Program-made: the position numbers and the translations under genes
Assembly: GCF_963921235.1 (NCBI RefSeq)
Contig: NC_086097.1
Location: 132,558,001 to 132,622,000 of the forward strand
Direction of reading: 5' to 3'
Source: Mobula hypostoma
Taxonomy: Eukaryota
Length of the DNA stretch: 64,000 nucleotides
Shown here: positions 1 to 12,157 of the stretch, piece after piece
How the letters are laid out: the number at the start of each line of letters is the position of its first letter
Position numbering within the stretch: position 1 is the stretch's first letter
The notes under the pieces: generated by a model
Database searches by the model: none
Told to the model about the DNA's origin: nothing
What the model saw: only the letters and a program-made list of their open reading frames with translations

Positions 1-472
1 GTCTATTGTCTGTTGATCCCTTCTTTGCAGAAGTGGGCCACAGCAGGAGTGATTGATAAGTTCGTGGCCCAGGGTAGAAAGAGGTGACTTATTAACTTCA
101 AACCTTCTGCATTATCACTCAAAGAGTTAAACTGCACGTGCATGTAACAAGAGTGTCTTGGACCTCCAGGTGGTCCACAGCAGGGGTGATTTATAAGTTT
201 GTGGCCTAAGGTAGAAGGAGCTGAGTTATACAGCTCTTGTTACATGCACGTGCAGTTGAACTCTTTCAGTGAAAATGCAGAACGTTTGAAGTTAATAACT
301 CATCTCCTTCTACCCTAGGCCATGAACTTATCAATCACCCCTGCTGTGGACCACTTCTGGAGGTCCAAGACGCCAACTTCTACAAAGAGGGGATCCGTAT
401 GCTCCACGACCGCTGGACTAAGTGTGTAAATGTAGGAAAAATAAATGTGCCAGGTTTTCTAAAATTGATTCC

Positions 473-1746
473 TACTGCCCTCTACCCTGAAGCCCCATCA
501 ATTTGCCTATCATACTAACAGGTCAACAGAGGATGCCATCTCCACAGCACTTCACTCTGCCCTGACCCACCTGGACAGCCCTAATTTTTACGTCAGAATG
601 CTGTTCATTGACTTTAGTTCGGTATTCAATACTGTGATCTCCTCCAAGCTGATCACCAAATTTTGCCAGCTTGGTATCAGCATATCCCTCTGCAATTGGA
701 CTTTGGACTTTCTGATTAACAGACCCCAATCAGTTAAGTTAGACAACCTCTCCTCCTCCACTCTCACCCTGAACACCGGCGTGCCTCAAGGCTGTGTACT
801 GAGCTCTCTTCTGTACTCCCTTTTCACCTATGACTGCGTTCCTGTACATGGTTCTAACTCCATAATCAAGTTCGCAGACGACACCACGGTGGTTGGTCTG
901 ATCAGAGGGGATGACGAGACAGCCTACAGGGACGAGGTCCAGCACCTGGCTGCGTGGTGTGCCGACAACAATCTAACCCTTAACACCCAGAAGACCAAGG
1001 AGATCATTGTGGACTTCAGGCATGCTAGGAGCCACACTCTCGTCCCCATCTACATCAACGGAACTATAGTGGAGCGTATATCAAACTTTAAATTCCTTGG
1101 TGTCCACATTTCCGAGGATCTCACCTGGTCCCTGAACTCCTCCATCCTGATCAAAAAGGCGCAACAGCGCCTTTATTTCCTGTGGAGCATCAAGAAAGCT
1201 CACCTCTGTCCCAGGATACTGACGGACTTTTACCACTGTACCATTGAGAGCATACTCACCAACTGCATCTCAGTGTGGTATGGCAATTGTCCCATATCAG
1301 ACTGCAAAACACTCCAGCGTGCGGTGAAAATTGCCCAGTGGATTATCGGCACCCAATTGCCCACCATTGTGAACATCTACCATAAACGCTGCCTGGGCAG
1401 GGTGAAAAGCATTATCAGGGATGCATCAAACCCAAACCATGGACTTCTTACTCTCCTCCCATCCGGTAGATGCTATAAGAGCCTCCACTCCCGCACCAGC
1501 AGGCACAGGAAGAGCTCCTTCCCTGAGGCTGTGACACTGCTGAACCTCTCATCACAGCGCTAAGCAGTATTGCATCTGTATTGTACTGTCTCAGTACTTT
1601 TATATTTGTGTGCTGTAGCACTTTTTTTATTTGCAGTTATTTTGTAAATAACACTATTCTTTGCATTTCTGGTCAGATGCTAAATGCATTTCATTGGCTT
1701 TGTATCTGTACTCGGCACAATGACAATAAAGTTGAATCTAATCTAA
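473..1746 (+). mobile_element. 5'-truncated Rex1/Babar-like LINE
   Basis: RT ORF with [26 protein letters not shown] and KAQQRLYFL motifs; 3' UTR ends in AATAAA plus (AATCT)n tail. Confidence 0.85.
598..1563 (+). CDS. Reverse transcriptase, C-terminal part of Rex1-like LINE ORF2 (frame also open upstream to the truncation point)
   Basis: 321-aa open frame with non-LTR RT motifs (PQG, FADD, FLG). Confidence 0.8.
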   Translation: MLFIDFSSVFNTVISSKLITKFCQLGISISLCNWTLDFLINRPQSVKLDNLSSSTLTLNTGVPQGCVLSSLLYSLFTYDCVPVHGSNSIIKFADDTTVVGLIRGDDETAYRDEVQHLAAWCADNNLTLNTQKTKEIIVDFRHARSHTLVPIYINGTIVERISNFKFLGVHISEDLTWSLNSSILIKKAQQRLYFLWSIKKAHLCPRILTDFYHCTIESILTNCISVWYGNCPISDCKTLQRAVKIAQWIIGTQLPTIVNIYHKRCLGRVKSIIRDASNPNHGLLTLLPSGRCYKSLHSRTSRHRKSSFPEAVTLLNLSSQR

Positions 1747-2254
1747 TTCTACCTTAGGCCACAAACTTATCAATCACCCCTCTTACATTATAAACATTCT
1801 TTCTAAGAAACAACACAATTAGAATGGAAAAAGTCCATCTTAGATCAAAGTAATTAAATTCATATAATGTTGCTAAACTGTGGTGATTTGGGTGATGCAG
1901 CTAGATTCAAGAACCAAATGGTTGAAGAGAAGTAGCTGTTCTTGAACCTGGTGATGTGGGATATCTGATGTCTGTACCTCCTCCTCGATGGTAGTGGCAA
2001 GAAGATGGCAGAACCCAGAAAGTGGGGATCTTTAATCTTATAGTAGTTGGTCCATAGCCTTCTATGCCTAGATGACTTACATGTGTGTCTAGATATCAAG
2101 CAAGCATATAGATTATATAGGCAAGTAATAAACAATAAAATTGAGGCTTTTGCTTAATCAGAACCATTGTGGGTCTGTGAGTACAGGGAGATGGGTAAAT
2201 ATGATGGGCAAATTAGGGCACATGGCTTGGATTACAATTTGATAGAGCAAAGGA

Positions 2255-2445
2255 AGCTGAGTTGGACCCTCAAAGCGTGGAGGAAGCATGGGAGACCAAA
2301 AGCAATTTGACACCATACTGCAGAGGCAGAACTGAGGACCCTGAACCACACTTGGGACACATTAAAGAAGATGGCCAAGGACAGACAAAGATGGAGGACA
2401 TTCATTGCTGTCCTAAATACCAGCAGCATAACAGGCAGTAACAAT
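2255..2445 (+). mobile_element. 3' fragment of an RTE-clade LINE
   Basis: Translates RKHGRPK..*...TWDTLKKMAKDRQRWRTFIAVL, the typical RTE ORF C-terminus. Confidence 0.65.
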
Positions 2446-2454
2446 AGACAACCC

Positions 2455-4985
2455 AGTTTTTGTAGACCACCCAATAGTAACAGGGACATCGAGGAGCAGA
2501 TAGGAAGACAGATTCTGGAAAGGAGTAATAATAACAGGGTTGTTGTGGTGGGAGATTTTAATTTCCCAAATATTGATTGGCATCTCCCTAGAGTGAGGGG
2601 GTTAGATGGGGTGGAGATTGTTAGGTGAGTTCAGGAAGGTTTCTTGAAAGCCTACAAGAGGAGAAGCTGTACTTGATCTGGTATTGGGAAATGAACCTGG
2701 TCAGGTGTCAAGTCTCTCAGTGAGAGAGCATTTTAGAGATAATGATCACAATTCTATCTCCCGTACCATAGCATTGGAGAGGGATAGGAACAAACTAGTT
2801 AGGGAAATGTTTAACTGGAGTAAGGAGAAATATGAGGCTATCAGGCAGGAACTTGGAAGCATAAATTGGAAACAGATGTTCTCAGGGAAACGTATGGAAG
2901 AAATGTGACAAATGTTCAGGGGATATTTGCGTAGGGTTTTGAGTAGATACGTTCCAATGAGACAGGGGAAGGATGGTAGGTTACATGAACAGTGGTGTAC
3001 AAGGTTTTTGTAAATCTTGTCAAGAAGAAAAGAAGAGCTTACGAAAGGTTCAAAAAACCAGGTAATGATAGAGATCTAGAAGATTTTAAGGCTAGCAGGA
3101 AGGAGCTTAAGAATGAAATTAGGAGAATCAGAAAGGGCCATGAGAAGGTCTTGACGGACAAGATTAAGGAAAATCCCAAGGCATTCTACAAGTATGTGAA
3201 GAGCAAGAGGATAAGACGTGAGAAAATAGGACCAATTAAGTGTGACAGTGGAAAAGTGTGTATGGAATCGGAGGAGATGGAAGAGGTACGTAATAAATTC
3301 TTTACTTTAGTATTCACTATGGAAAAGGATCTTGGCGATTGTAGGGATGAGTTGCAGCGGACTGAAAAGCTTGAACACGTAGATATTAAGAAAGAGTTTG
3401 TGCTGGAGCTTTTGGAAAGCATCAAGTTGGATAAGTCACCGGGACTGGACAGGATGTACCCCAGGCTACTGTGGGAAGCGAGGGAGGAGATTGCTGAGCC
3501 TCTGGCAATGATCTTTGTATCATCAATGAGGATGGGAGAGGTTCCAGAGGATTGGCGGGTTGCGGAAGTTGTTCCCTTATTCAAGAAAGGGAGGAGGGAT
3601 AGCCCAGGAAATTATAGACCAGTAAGTCTTAATTCAGTGGTTGGTAAGTTGATGGAGAAGATCCTGAGAGTCAGGATTTATGAACATTTGGAGAGGCATA
3701 ATATGATTAGGAATAGTCAGCATGGCTTTGTCAAAGGCAGATCATGCCTTACAAGCCTGATTGAAATTTTGAGGATGTGACTAAACACATTGATGAAGGT
3801 AGAGCCGTAGATCTAGTGTATATGGATTTTAGCAAGGCATTTGATAAGGTACCCTATGCAAGGCTTATTGAGAAAGTAAGGAGGCATGAGATCCAAGGGG
3901 ACATTGCTTTGTGGATCCAGGACTGGCTTGCCCACAGAAGGCAAAGAGTGGTTGTAGATGGGTCATATTCTGCATGGAGGTCGGTGACCAGTGGTGTGCC
4001 TCAGGGATCTGTTCTGGGACCCCTACTTTTTGTGAATTTTATAAATGACCTGGATGAGGAAGTGGAGGGATGGGTTAGTAAATCTGCTGATGACACAAAG
4101 GTTGAGGGTGTTGTGGATAGCGTGAAGGGCTGTTTACAGAAATTACAACGGGACATTGATAGGATGCAAAACTGGGCTGAGAAGTGGCAGATGGAGATCA
4201 ACCCAGATAAGTGTGAAGTGGTTCATTTTGGTAGGTCAAATATGATGGCAGAATATAGCATTAATGGCAAGACTCTTGGTAGCGTGGATCAGAGGGATTG
4301 TGGTGTCTGAGTCCCTAAGACACTCAAAGCTGCTGCGCAGGTTGACTCTGTGGTTAAGAAGGCATATGGTCTTCCTCATCGTGGGATTGAGTTTAAGAGC
4401 TGAGAGGTAATGTTGTAGCTATATAGGACCCCAGTCAGACCCCACTTGGAGTACTGTGCTCAGTTCTGGTCATCTCACTGCAGGAACGACGTGGAAACCA
4501 CGGAAAGGGTGCAGAGGAGATTTACAAGGATGTTGCCTGGATTGGGGAACAGGCCTTATGAGAACAGGTTGAGTGAACTCAGCGTTTTTTCCTTAGAGCA
4601 ACGGAGGATGAGAGGTGACCTGATAGAGGTGTACAAGATAATGAGAGGCATAGATCATGTGGATAGTCAGAGGCTTTTTCCCAGGGCTGAAATGGCTAGC
4701 ATGAGAGGGCATAGTTTTAAGGTGATTAGAAGTAGGTACAGAGGAGATGTCAGGAGTACGTTTTTTAAGCAGAGAGTGGCGACTGCGTGGAATGGGCTGC
4801 TGACAGCAGTGGTGGAGGCAGAAATGATAGGATCTTTTCGGAGACTCCTGGATGGATACATGGAGCTTAGAAAATAGAGGGCTTTGGGTAAGCCTCGGTA
4901 GTTCTAAGATAAGGACATGTTCGGCACAGCTTTGTGAGCCAAAGAGTCTGTATTGTGCTGTAAATTTTCTATGTTTGTGTTTCTA
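2455..4985 (+). mobile_element. CR1 LINE, 5'-truncated, ORF2 (APE + RT) broken by stops and frameshifts
   Basis: ORFs 2371-2628 (GDFNFPNIDW), 2992-3780 (KSPG, NYRPVSL, QHGF), 3777-4310 (GVPQGSVLGP, ADD), 4446-4877 (EYCAQFWS, RGDLIEVYK); TTCTATGT-type tail. Confidence 0.92.
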
Positions 4986-6489
4986 ACTAACTAATTCAGG
5001 AAGATGGAAGTGTTGAACAGAGAACACAGCTGGTCCTGAGAGCAAATGACAGTATGACTTTCCCAATATTTTACTGGCAGTTGCATCTCCAGTACTAAAG
5101 CAATTATTATGTGAGCCAATTTGTATGCTTTTCACTTGCCATTGGGATAAAGAAATTAAAACAAAGACCTTTACTTATGTATCCTGATGCAGGGCTTTGA
5201 CTGAAACATTTTGACAATTCCTTTTCCCTCACAGATGCTGCTCGATCCATTGAGTTCCTTCAACAGATTGCTTGTTCTCCAGAAAATATAATTATTTAGC
5301 TGCTTAAAAGGAAATTCATTCTCCTTCAGTTACAAAAAGAAGAATTTCTGATCATTTTTGTCCAATAAATAATAGGATAGCATCAGGTCTCTTCAATACT
5401 CAGAAGATCTGGGTACGCAAAAGATGGATATATCCCATAGAAATACTTTAGTTTTAATAAATGAAGAAAAGCTTGGCTAAAGGCATTGATACTCCATCAA
5501 TAGCAAATGGTACTCTGTTATCAAAAATAATATTCCAAAGAGGTTTCATTTCCAGCATCGGGGATACAGAATATGTTATCACTCCCTCCACCAGTTTGAC
5601 TTGCTCCAGGACTTTATGCAAAGATATGCCAACAAAGCAACAAATTTTAGTCCACCAGGCAAACATAGAGATTTCTCATTTTCTCCCAGGATGTTAATAA
5701 GCATCAACTCACTTACCCAAACAATTAGTCTGATTTCTGGTAACTGTCTACTAGTTAAATACTGTTAACCCTCTCACTATTCCTTGTGGAATTACTCGTT
5801 AATTTCACTACAGTTTTTGCTACGGGTACAGATATGTTTTGGCCTTGCATGTCGAGTCTAATAAATGTTTAATTGCATTCTTTGAAGTATAATTTTATTT
5901 ACACTCTAGCTTCAATTGTTTCCATCTGCTTAAGATTCCGACAGCCTGTGCCATTTGGAGGTTTGAGAGAAAGGCATGCCTTTTCAGAAAGCAAATTCAG
6001 CTTTTACAAGTCAAATCCTCTTCCAAGCAGTTTGAACCACAGGACTGCATTTTACCAAAGTGCATCTTTGAATGTTCAATGCCTTTATAATGAGGGAGAT
6101 GGTGATACCTGCCTCAAAATAAGAAGTCTACAAAAAATGTTGTCAATAAGACCACAGAACAATAAGACATAGTGGAAGACTTAGTCCATACAACCCATTG
6201 AGTCCGTAATTCTCATTGTAACTTCAGGCTAACATGCTAAAGAATGCTATGGTCATGTTCTCATCTACGTTACTGAATTTGAGCATGGAGCAGAGTCTTG
6301 ACCTCTAATTCCCCTCATCACTATCCCTAAATCCTAACCTGACCTCTTGCTCCCTTTTCGATCCTCAAACCCATCCCTAGGAACTTAAAAAACAACTAAA
6401 CCTGAACCAGGATATTGATGGAGACTGCAGCTCGGTGCTATCTTAACCAGAATTGACCACCATCTTGATTGTTTAAATGTTGCTAACCT

Positions 6490-7047
6490 GCCCACCTCAA
6501 TCTCTATTTCTGCCAACTCATTCCAAATACCCATCACCTTTTGCATGAAGAAGGTGCCTCTTATATCCCTTTTAAATCTCTCGCCTCTGATCCAAAATCT
6601 ATGTCCCTTTGTCTTTGGCCTCCTCCCTTGGAAAAAAACTATGTGCTTTCACCTCATCTATGCACCTCATGATCTTACATACCTCTGCAAGGTCACCTTC
6701 TCCATCTCTTATGTTCTAGGGAATAAAGTCCTGGCCTGCACAATCTCTCCTTGTAAGTCAAGCCTCCAAATCCAGGCAACATACTGTTAGATCTTTGCTG
6801 TATTGTATCTGGTTTAATAAAATCTCTCCTATAACAGGGTGACCAAAATTGTACACAATATTCCAAGAGTGATGATATATAACTACAACATGATGTCCCA
6901 ACTCCTATATTCAATATCCTGACACACCTACTGTACCATTCAATCTACATGTGATGGTACTTCCAATCAACTACGCACTTGCACACCTACGTCCCTCTGT
7001 TTTATAACACTCCCCAGGGTCTTACCATTCATTGTATAAGTCCTACC
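6490..7047 (-). mobile_element. CR1 LINE 3' fragment, host of the Gypsy insertion (resumes at 12158)
   Basis: Minus ORFs contain LEYCVQFWSPCYR and GRTYTMNGKTL; sequence continues after the 3' TSD. Confidence 0.75.
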
Positions 7048-8149
7048 TGTCACAGTCCCGACCGTTAATTCCCCATTGTCTCCTAATTCCCTTTGATGGC
7101 GGCACACCTGGTTCTCATCAAGATCTGCAGCATAAAAACGTCGGCTTTGCATCCCCTTGTTGCCAGTTCGTTGTTTTAGCCAGTGTGGTGATTAACACTC
7201 CCGGCCGCTTAGGATTATGAATTCTAAGTTTTTCTTCAGTACCGAGGTTTACCTGTGTAACTCTGTCTCTCCGTATCAAGATCGCTTTCATTTTTCATTT
7301 GTTCATTTCTTTTTTCATTTTTGCGAGATCTGAGTCTGTACTCATTGGTGATGGGAGGAGATTTTAATTGTTGTTTAGATCCAGCCTTAGATTGTTCATC
7401 TTCTAATCTAGTGATACCAAATAAATCAGCTTTGTTTATTAAATCTTTTCTATTGAAATGTGGTATTGTTGATGATTAGCATTTTTTCATCCAGTAGACA
7501 GGGAATATTCGTTTTTCTCTCATGTCCATCATATATATTCCAGGATTGATTACTTTTTTATTGATAGCCAAATGATTCCATTAGTTCGATCCTGTGAATA
7601 TAAAGAGATTGTTGTCTCAGATCATGCTCCTGTGCTCTTATCTTAAAATCTCCCTGGTCTTCTTCAAACAAACAGGTTTCAGCATTTTAATCAAACTTAT
7701 CTGGTAAAGATTTTTTAAAGTTTATGGAGAGACAAATTACTCTTTCTTTTGAAGAGAATACATTAGAGGAGACTTCTAGTCTTATCAGATGGGATGCCTT
7801 TAAGGCGTATACTAGAGGACAAATTATTTCTTATACTGGAAGAAAAGGATTCTAGGATTTACTTCAGTACTGAGATTACCTGTGTAACTCTGTCTCTCCG
7901 TGTCAAGATAAGTATTCTAAGTTTTACTTCAGTACTAAGGTTTACCTGTGTCTCTCTGTGTCAAGAAAAGTATTGTCTCCGGCTTGCCTTTCTATGCTCC
8001 GTGTCAAGATAAGTTCTGCCTGCCTCCTGCTTTCCTTTTCACCCTCCTGTTTGCCGTTCAGTTCCAGCCAATCTCACACCCTTGTCTGCATCCTAACTCA
8101 ATCTCCGTGCCAGTGTCTTACATTTGGGTTCTCCCCGTTCCTTGCAAAA
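7048..8149 (+). repeat. 5' LTR, containing an L1 insert and three ~60-bp internal repeats
   Basis: Starts TGTCAC; 8044-8149 matches 12051-12157; unit ATTCTAAGTTTTACTTCAGTAC...GTCAAGA at ~7221, ~7851, ~7914. Confidence 0.8.
7300..7840 (+). mobile_element. L1/Tx1-type ORF2 endonuclease fragment lying inside the 5' LTR
   Basis: Translates GGDFNCCLDPALD, YSFFSHVHHIYSRIDYF, SDHAPV and WDAFKAYTRGQIISY, with stops and frameshifts. Confidence 0.8.
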
Positions 8150-8165
8150 GAACGATCTGGCCATC

Positions 8166-9201
8166 TTGGACCCAGCAGATACAAATACCCTTCAACAAGC
8201 CCTCGCCAGCCAAGGTTTTCTACTGGGACAGCACGACCAACTCCTCCGGGAGGTCATGGAGAACCTTCATTCCCTGTCTGCTCACATCGCACAGATCAGT
8301 AATCAGGTAGACCGTGTCTCCACTCATTTCACTCAACCCACTCCTGGAACCCTGTCTAACCTGCCCAGACAGCCTGTAGTGGCAATCCCCCATGCCTCAC
8401 CAACACCTCCGCCCAGAGAGCCTCACGTACCTGAGCCTCTCCTACACTGGAGACCTGGGGAATTACCGGGCCTTCCTCCTTCAGTGCTCCCTGGTGTTTG
8501 AACAGTGGTCGTCAATTTACTCCACGGATAAGTCAAAGATTGCTTATATCATGGGGTTGTTACAGTGAAGTGTATTAGATTGGGCCACAGCAGTTTGGGA
8601 TAACCAATCAGATATCTGCTCCTCTTTCGCCACTTTTATCACAGAAATGAGAAAAATCTTTGAACACCCCGTCCATGGTGAAGACGCCGCCAAGTGTCTA
8701 CTCATTCTCTGCCAGGGATCACGCAGTCTTGCTGAATATTCCGTGGAGTTTCGGATGTTAGTGGCTGGCTTGGGGCGGAACGATGAGTCACTCCAGGGCG
8801 TTTTTCAGAATGGACTCAGCGACATGGTGAAAGACGAGTTAGTGGCAAGAGACAACAAAGACAGCCTGGATTCCTTGATCTCCTTAGCCACCTGGTTGGA
8901 CAATCACCTCCGAGAACACCATAGAGAAAGAACAGGTTGTCCACCACCTTTGGCCACTTCTCAGGACTCATTTCTGCCTTCCGCCAGAACAAGCCTCTCT
9001 CCTCCTCCTGCTCCGAGATTAGCTCCCAGCCCGGCTGTTTCCACCGCCCTGGGAGAGGAACCCATGCAGCTGGGACAGAACTGCCTTTCTCCCACTGAAC
9101 AACTCTGGAGATTGAGAGCGGGTGAGTGTTTATATTGTGGCCAATCCAGCCACTTCTTTGCCACCTGTCCCCTTCAGCCAAAAGAGAAGGCTCACCAGTA
9201 G
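8166..9201 (+). pseudogene. Gypsy gag (frameshifted, stops)
   Basis: (M)DPAD start, QGSRSLAEYSVEF, EEPMQLG and zinc knuckle CLYCGQSSHFFATC. Confidence 0.85.
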
Positions 9202-12047
9202 CAAGAGGGACCCTGGTGAACCAAACAACATTCCCATCTGTCCCTCGACCCCTGATGCAGCTTCAAGCCACTTTGTGTTACAACCAACAGTCCTTGCCAC
9301 TGTTAGCACTAGTGGACTCTGGCGCTGAGGGAAACTTTTTGGATGAAGACTTAGCTTTCTGGGCCAGAACTCCTCGTGAGCCATTGTGTACCCCCCTGGA
9401 AGTCCGGGTACTGGACGGTAGACTCCTGGCCCGAGTTACACACTGCACACCACCCCTGTAGACTCCTGGCCCGAGTTACACACTGCACACCACCCCTGTC
9501 TCTCTTTCTCTCTGGAAGCCATCGGGAACAGGTATGATTCAATTTAATTTCCTCTTCTCAAGCCCCTATAGTTCTTGGTTATCCCTGGTTAAGCCGTCAT
9601 AATCCCCACATCGACTGGTCCACTGGGAAGATGGTCAGCTGGAGTTCGTTCTGCCATTCTACTTGTCTGCAATCAGCCCTTTCCACAGTGGAGGTCACCG
9701 TGACCTCGCCCGCCTCTGAACCCCCTGACTTGTCCAAAGTTCCTGTAGAGTATCATGATCTGGGAGAAGTGTTTAGCAAGCAACGGGCCCTTTCTCTGCC
9801 TCCACATCACCGTTACAATTGCACAATTGACCTTCTCCCCGGAGCCTCTCTACCCACCAGTTGGCTGTACAACCTGTCCCGACCAGAAAGAGGAACAATG
9901 GAGGCTTGCCTAAATGACTCTCTCATGGCTGGCATTATCCAACCCTCAGCTTCCCCTGTAGGCGTAGGTTTCTTCTTTGTGGGGAAGAAAGGTGGCTCAC
10001 TGTGTCCCTGCATTGACTACCGTAGCCTGAACAATATCACCATAAAGAATAAGTATCCCCTGCCCCTTATCGATTCAGCATTCAAGCCCCTTCACGGAGC
10101 CACAATTTTCTCTAAGTTGGACCTGCGGAGTGCCTATCACCTGGTCAGGATAAGTGAGGGGGATGAATGGAAAACAGCTTTTAACACCCCCCTCAGTCAT
10201 TTCGAATATCTGGTCATGCCGTTCAGTCTCACCAATGCCCCTGCCGTCTTCCAAGCCCTGGTAAACGATGTCCGTAGGGACTTTATTAATCATTTTGTTT
10301 TTGTTTATTTGGACGTCATCTTAATCTTCTCTAGTAATCTTCAGGAACATACCCGCCACGTCCATCAGGTCCTTCAGAGGCTTTTGGAGAACAAGCTATT
10401 TGTTAAGGCAGAGAAGTGCGAGTTCCATGCCTGTTCCGTCAGTTTCCTGGGGTACATCATTGAGAGCGGGCAAGTGAGGGCGGATCCTGAAAAGACCCGG
10501 GCAGTGGCGGAGTGGCCAAAACCCACAACGCTCAAACAACTCCAGCGATTTCTGGGATTCGCAAACTTCTACCGTCGCTTCATTAGGAACTACAGTCAGG
10601 TGGTAGCACCCCTTACTCAGCTCACCTCTCTTGTGACCCCTTTTCACTGGACCCCCGAAGCAGACTCAGTCTTCTCGGAGCTGAAGAAGCGTTTCACCTC
10701 CGCTCCCATCCTGGTCCAAACCGACCCCTCTCGCCAATTCATTGTGGAAGTCGATGCCTCTGACTCTGGGGTGGGAGCGGTCCACTCCCAACACTCCATC
10801 CCAGACCTAAAGCTCCATCCCTGCACCTTCTTCTCTCGCCGTCTATCCCCCACTGAATAGAACAACGACGTTGGGAACTGGGAGTTGCTGGCCGTCAAAC
10901 TCACCTTGGAGGAGTGGAGGCACTGGCTGGAGGGAGCAGAACATTCATTCATTGTCTGGATGGACCATAGGAATCTGGTATACATCCAAACAACTAAATG
11001 CCTTAACTCCCGACAAGCCCATTGGGCACTATTTTTTGGCCGTTTCAAATTCACCCTCACCTATCATCCTGGTTCCAAGAATGGGAAGCCAGATGCTCTC
11101 TCTTGTCAATACGTCTCCAAGAAGGGTCCTTCCAACCCTGCCCTCACTTGGGAGATCGAATCCATAGTCAAAGAGGCCCAACGGACTCAACCAGATCCAG
11201 GCAATGGACCTTCCAATCACCTCTTCGTGCCTGACTCTGTCCAGTCTTAGATTCTCCAGTGGGGGAAAACTTCCCGTTTTGCCTGCCATCCTGGAATCGA
11301 TCAAACTCTGTCCCTTCTGAAGTGACATTTCTGGTGGCCCACCATAGATGCTGACACTCGCTCCTTCGTCTCTGCCTGTTCTGTGTGTGCCCGCGGAAAA
11401 GCCTCCCATTGGCCACCTGCTGAGCTGCTTCGTCCCCTACCTGTCTCTGGCCGCCCTTGGCCCTACATAGCTCTCTATTTCATCACTAGTCTACCCCTTT
11501 CACATGGTAACACAACTGTACTCACCGTTGTGGACCGTTTTTCCAAAGCTATGCACTTCATAGCCCTTCCCAAACTCCCTACAGCCCATGAAACAGCCGA
11601 CCTCCTTGTCCAACACACCTTCCACCTTCATGGAATTCCCTCTGACATTGTTTCTGACCGGGGCCCCCATTTCATCTCCCAAGTCTGGAAATCCTTCTGT
11701 CACACCCTCAGAGCTTCAGTAAGTCTGTCTTCTGGTTTCCATCCATAGACTAACGGTCAAACGGAGCGAGCAAATCAGTATTTAGAAGCAGCACTGCGCT
11801 GCATATCCACCAACAACCCGTCATCCTGGAGCACCCATCTCACTTGGGTGGAGTACGCCCACAACTCCCTGGTCAGCACCGCCACTGGAATGTCTCCTTT
11901 TGAATGCTCCCTTGGTTATCAACCTCCTCCGTTTCCTGCTCATGAAGACAACATCGCTGTGCTTTCAGTTCAGGCCCATCTCCGCCGGTGCCGCAAGGTC
12001 TGGAAGGACACATGCACGGACCTGCTCCGCTCCGCTGACCGTAACCG
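9180..12047 (+). pseudogene. Gypsy pol (PR-RT-RH-IN), disabled
   Basis: DSGA protease; RT 9631-10860 with YLDD mutated to YLDV; integrase HHCC (CHPG..CSVC), SDRGPHF and TNGQTER; several stops. Confidence 0.9.
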
Positions 12048-12050
12048 TAC

Positions 12051-12157
12051 TCTCCTGTTTGCCGTTCAGCTCCTGCCACTCTCACACCCTTGTCTGCACC
12101 CTAACTCAATCTCCATGCCAGTGTCCTGCTTTTGGGTTCACCCCGTTCCTTGCAACA
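12051..12157 (+). repeat. Remnant 3' LTR (distal ~107 bp only)
   Basis: Aligns to 8044-8149; integrase sequence joins directly, so the pol end, PPT and proximal LTR are deleted. Confidence 0.85.

Larger units (their letters stand above)
20..1783. mobile_element. Rearranged non-autonomous mariner (Tc1/mariner) derivative, split by a LINE insertion at ~473-1746
   Basis: TIR-like GGGGTGATTGATAAGTTYGTGGCCTAAGGTAGAA at ~45-79(+), 182-217(+), 308-342(-) and 1747-1783(-, followed by TA). 378-437 translates FYKEGIRMLHDRWTKCVNVG, the typical mariner transposase C-terminus. Confidence 0.8.
7048..12157 (+). mobile_element. Ty3/Gypsy LTR retrotransposon, Tf1/sushi-like, defective
   Basis: TG...CA ends with 5-bp TSD CTACC (7043-7047, 12158-12162); gag, protease (LVDSGAEGNF), RT, RNase H (VEVDASD) and integrase in Gypsy order. 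Confidence 0.93.

Noticed and set aside
5340..5700. Short ORFs on both strands (e.g. VPFAIDGVSMP, faintly like a Harbinger AIDG motif)
   Set aside because: Too short, with nearby stops and no further supporting motifs.
6320..6410. Telomere-like CCCTAA motifs
   Set aside because: Only a few degenerate units, not an array.
7221..7966. CRISPR-like spaced repeats
   Set aside because: Only three degenerate ~60-bp LTR-internal units, eukaryotic context and no cas genes.
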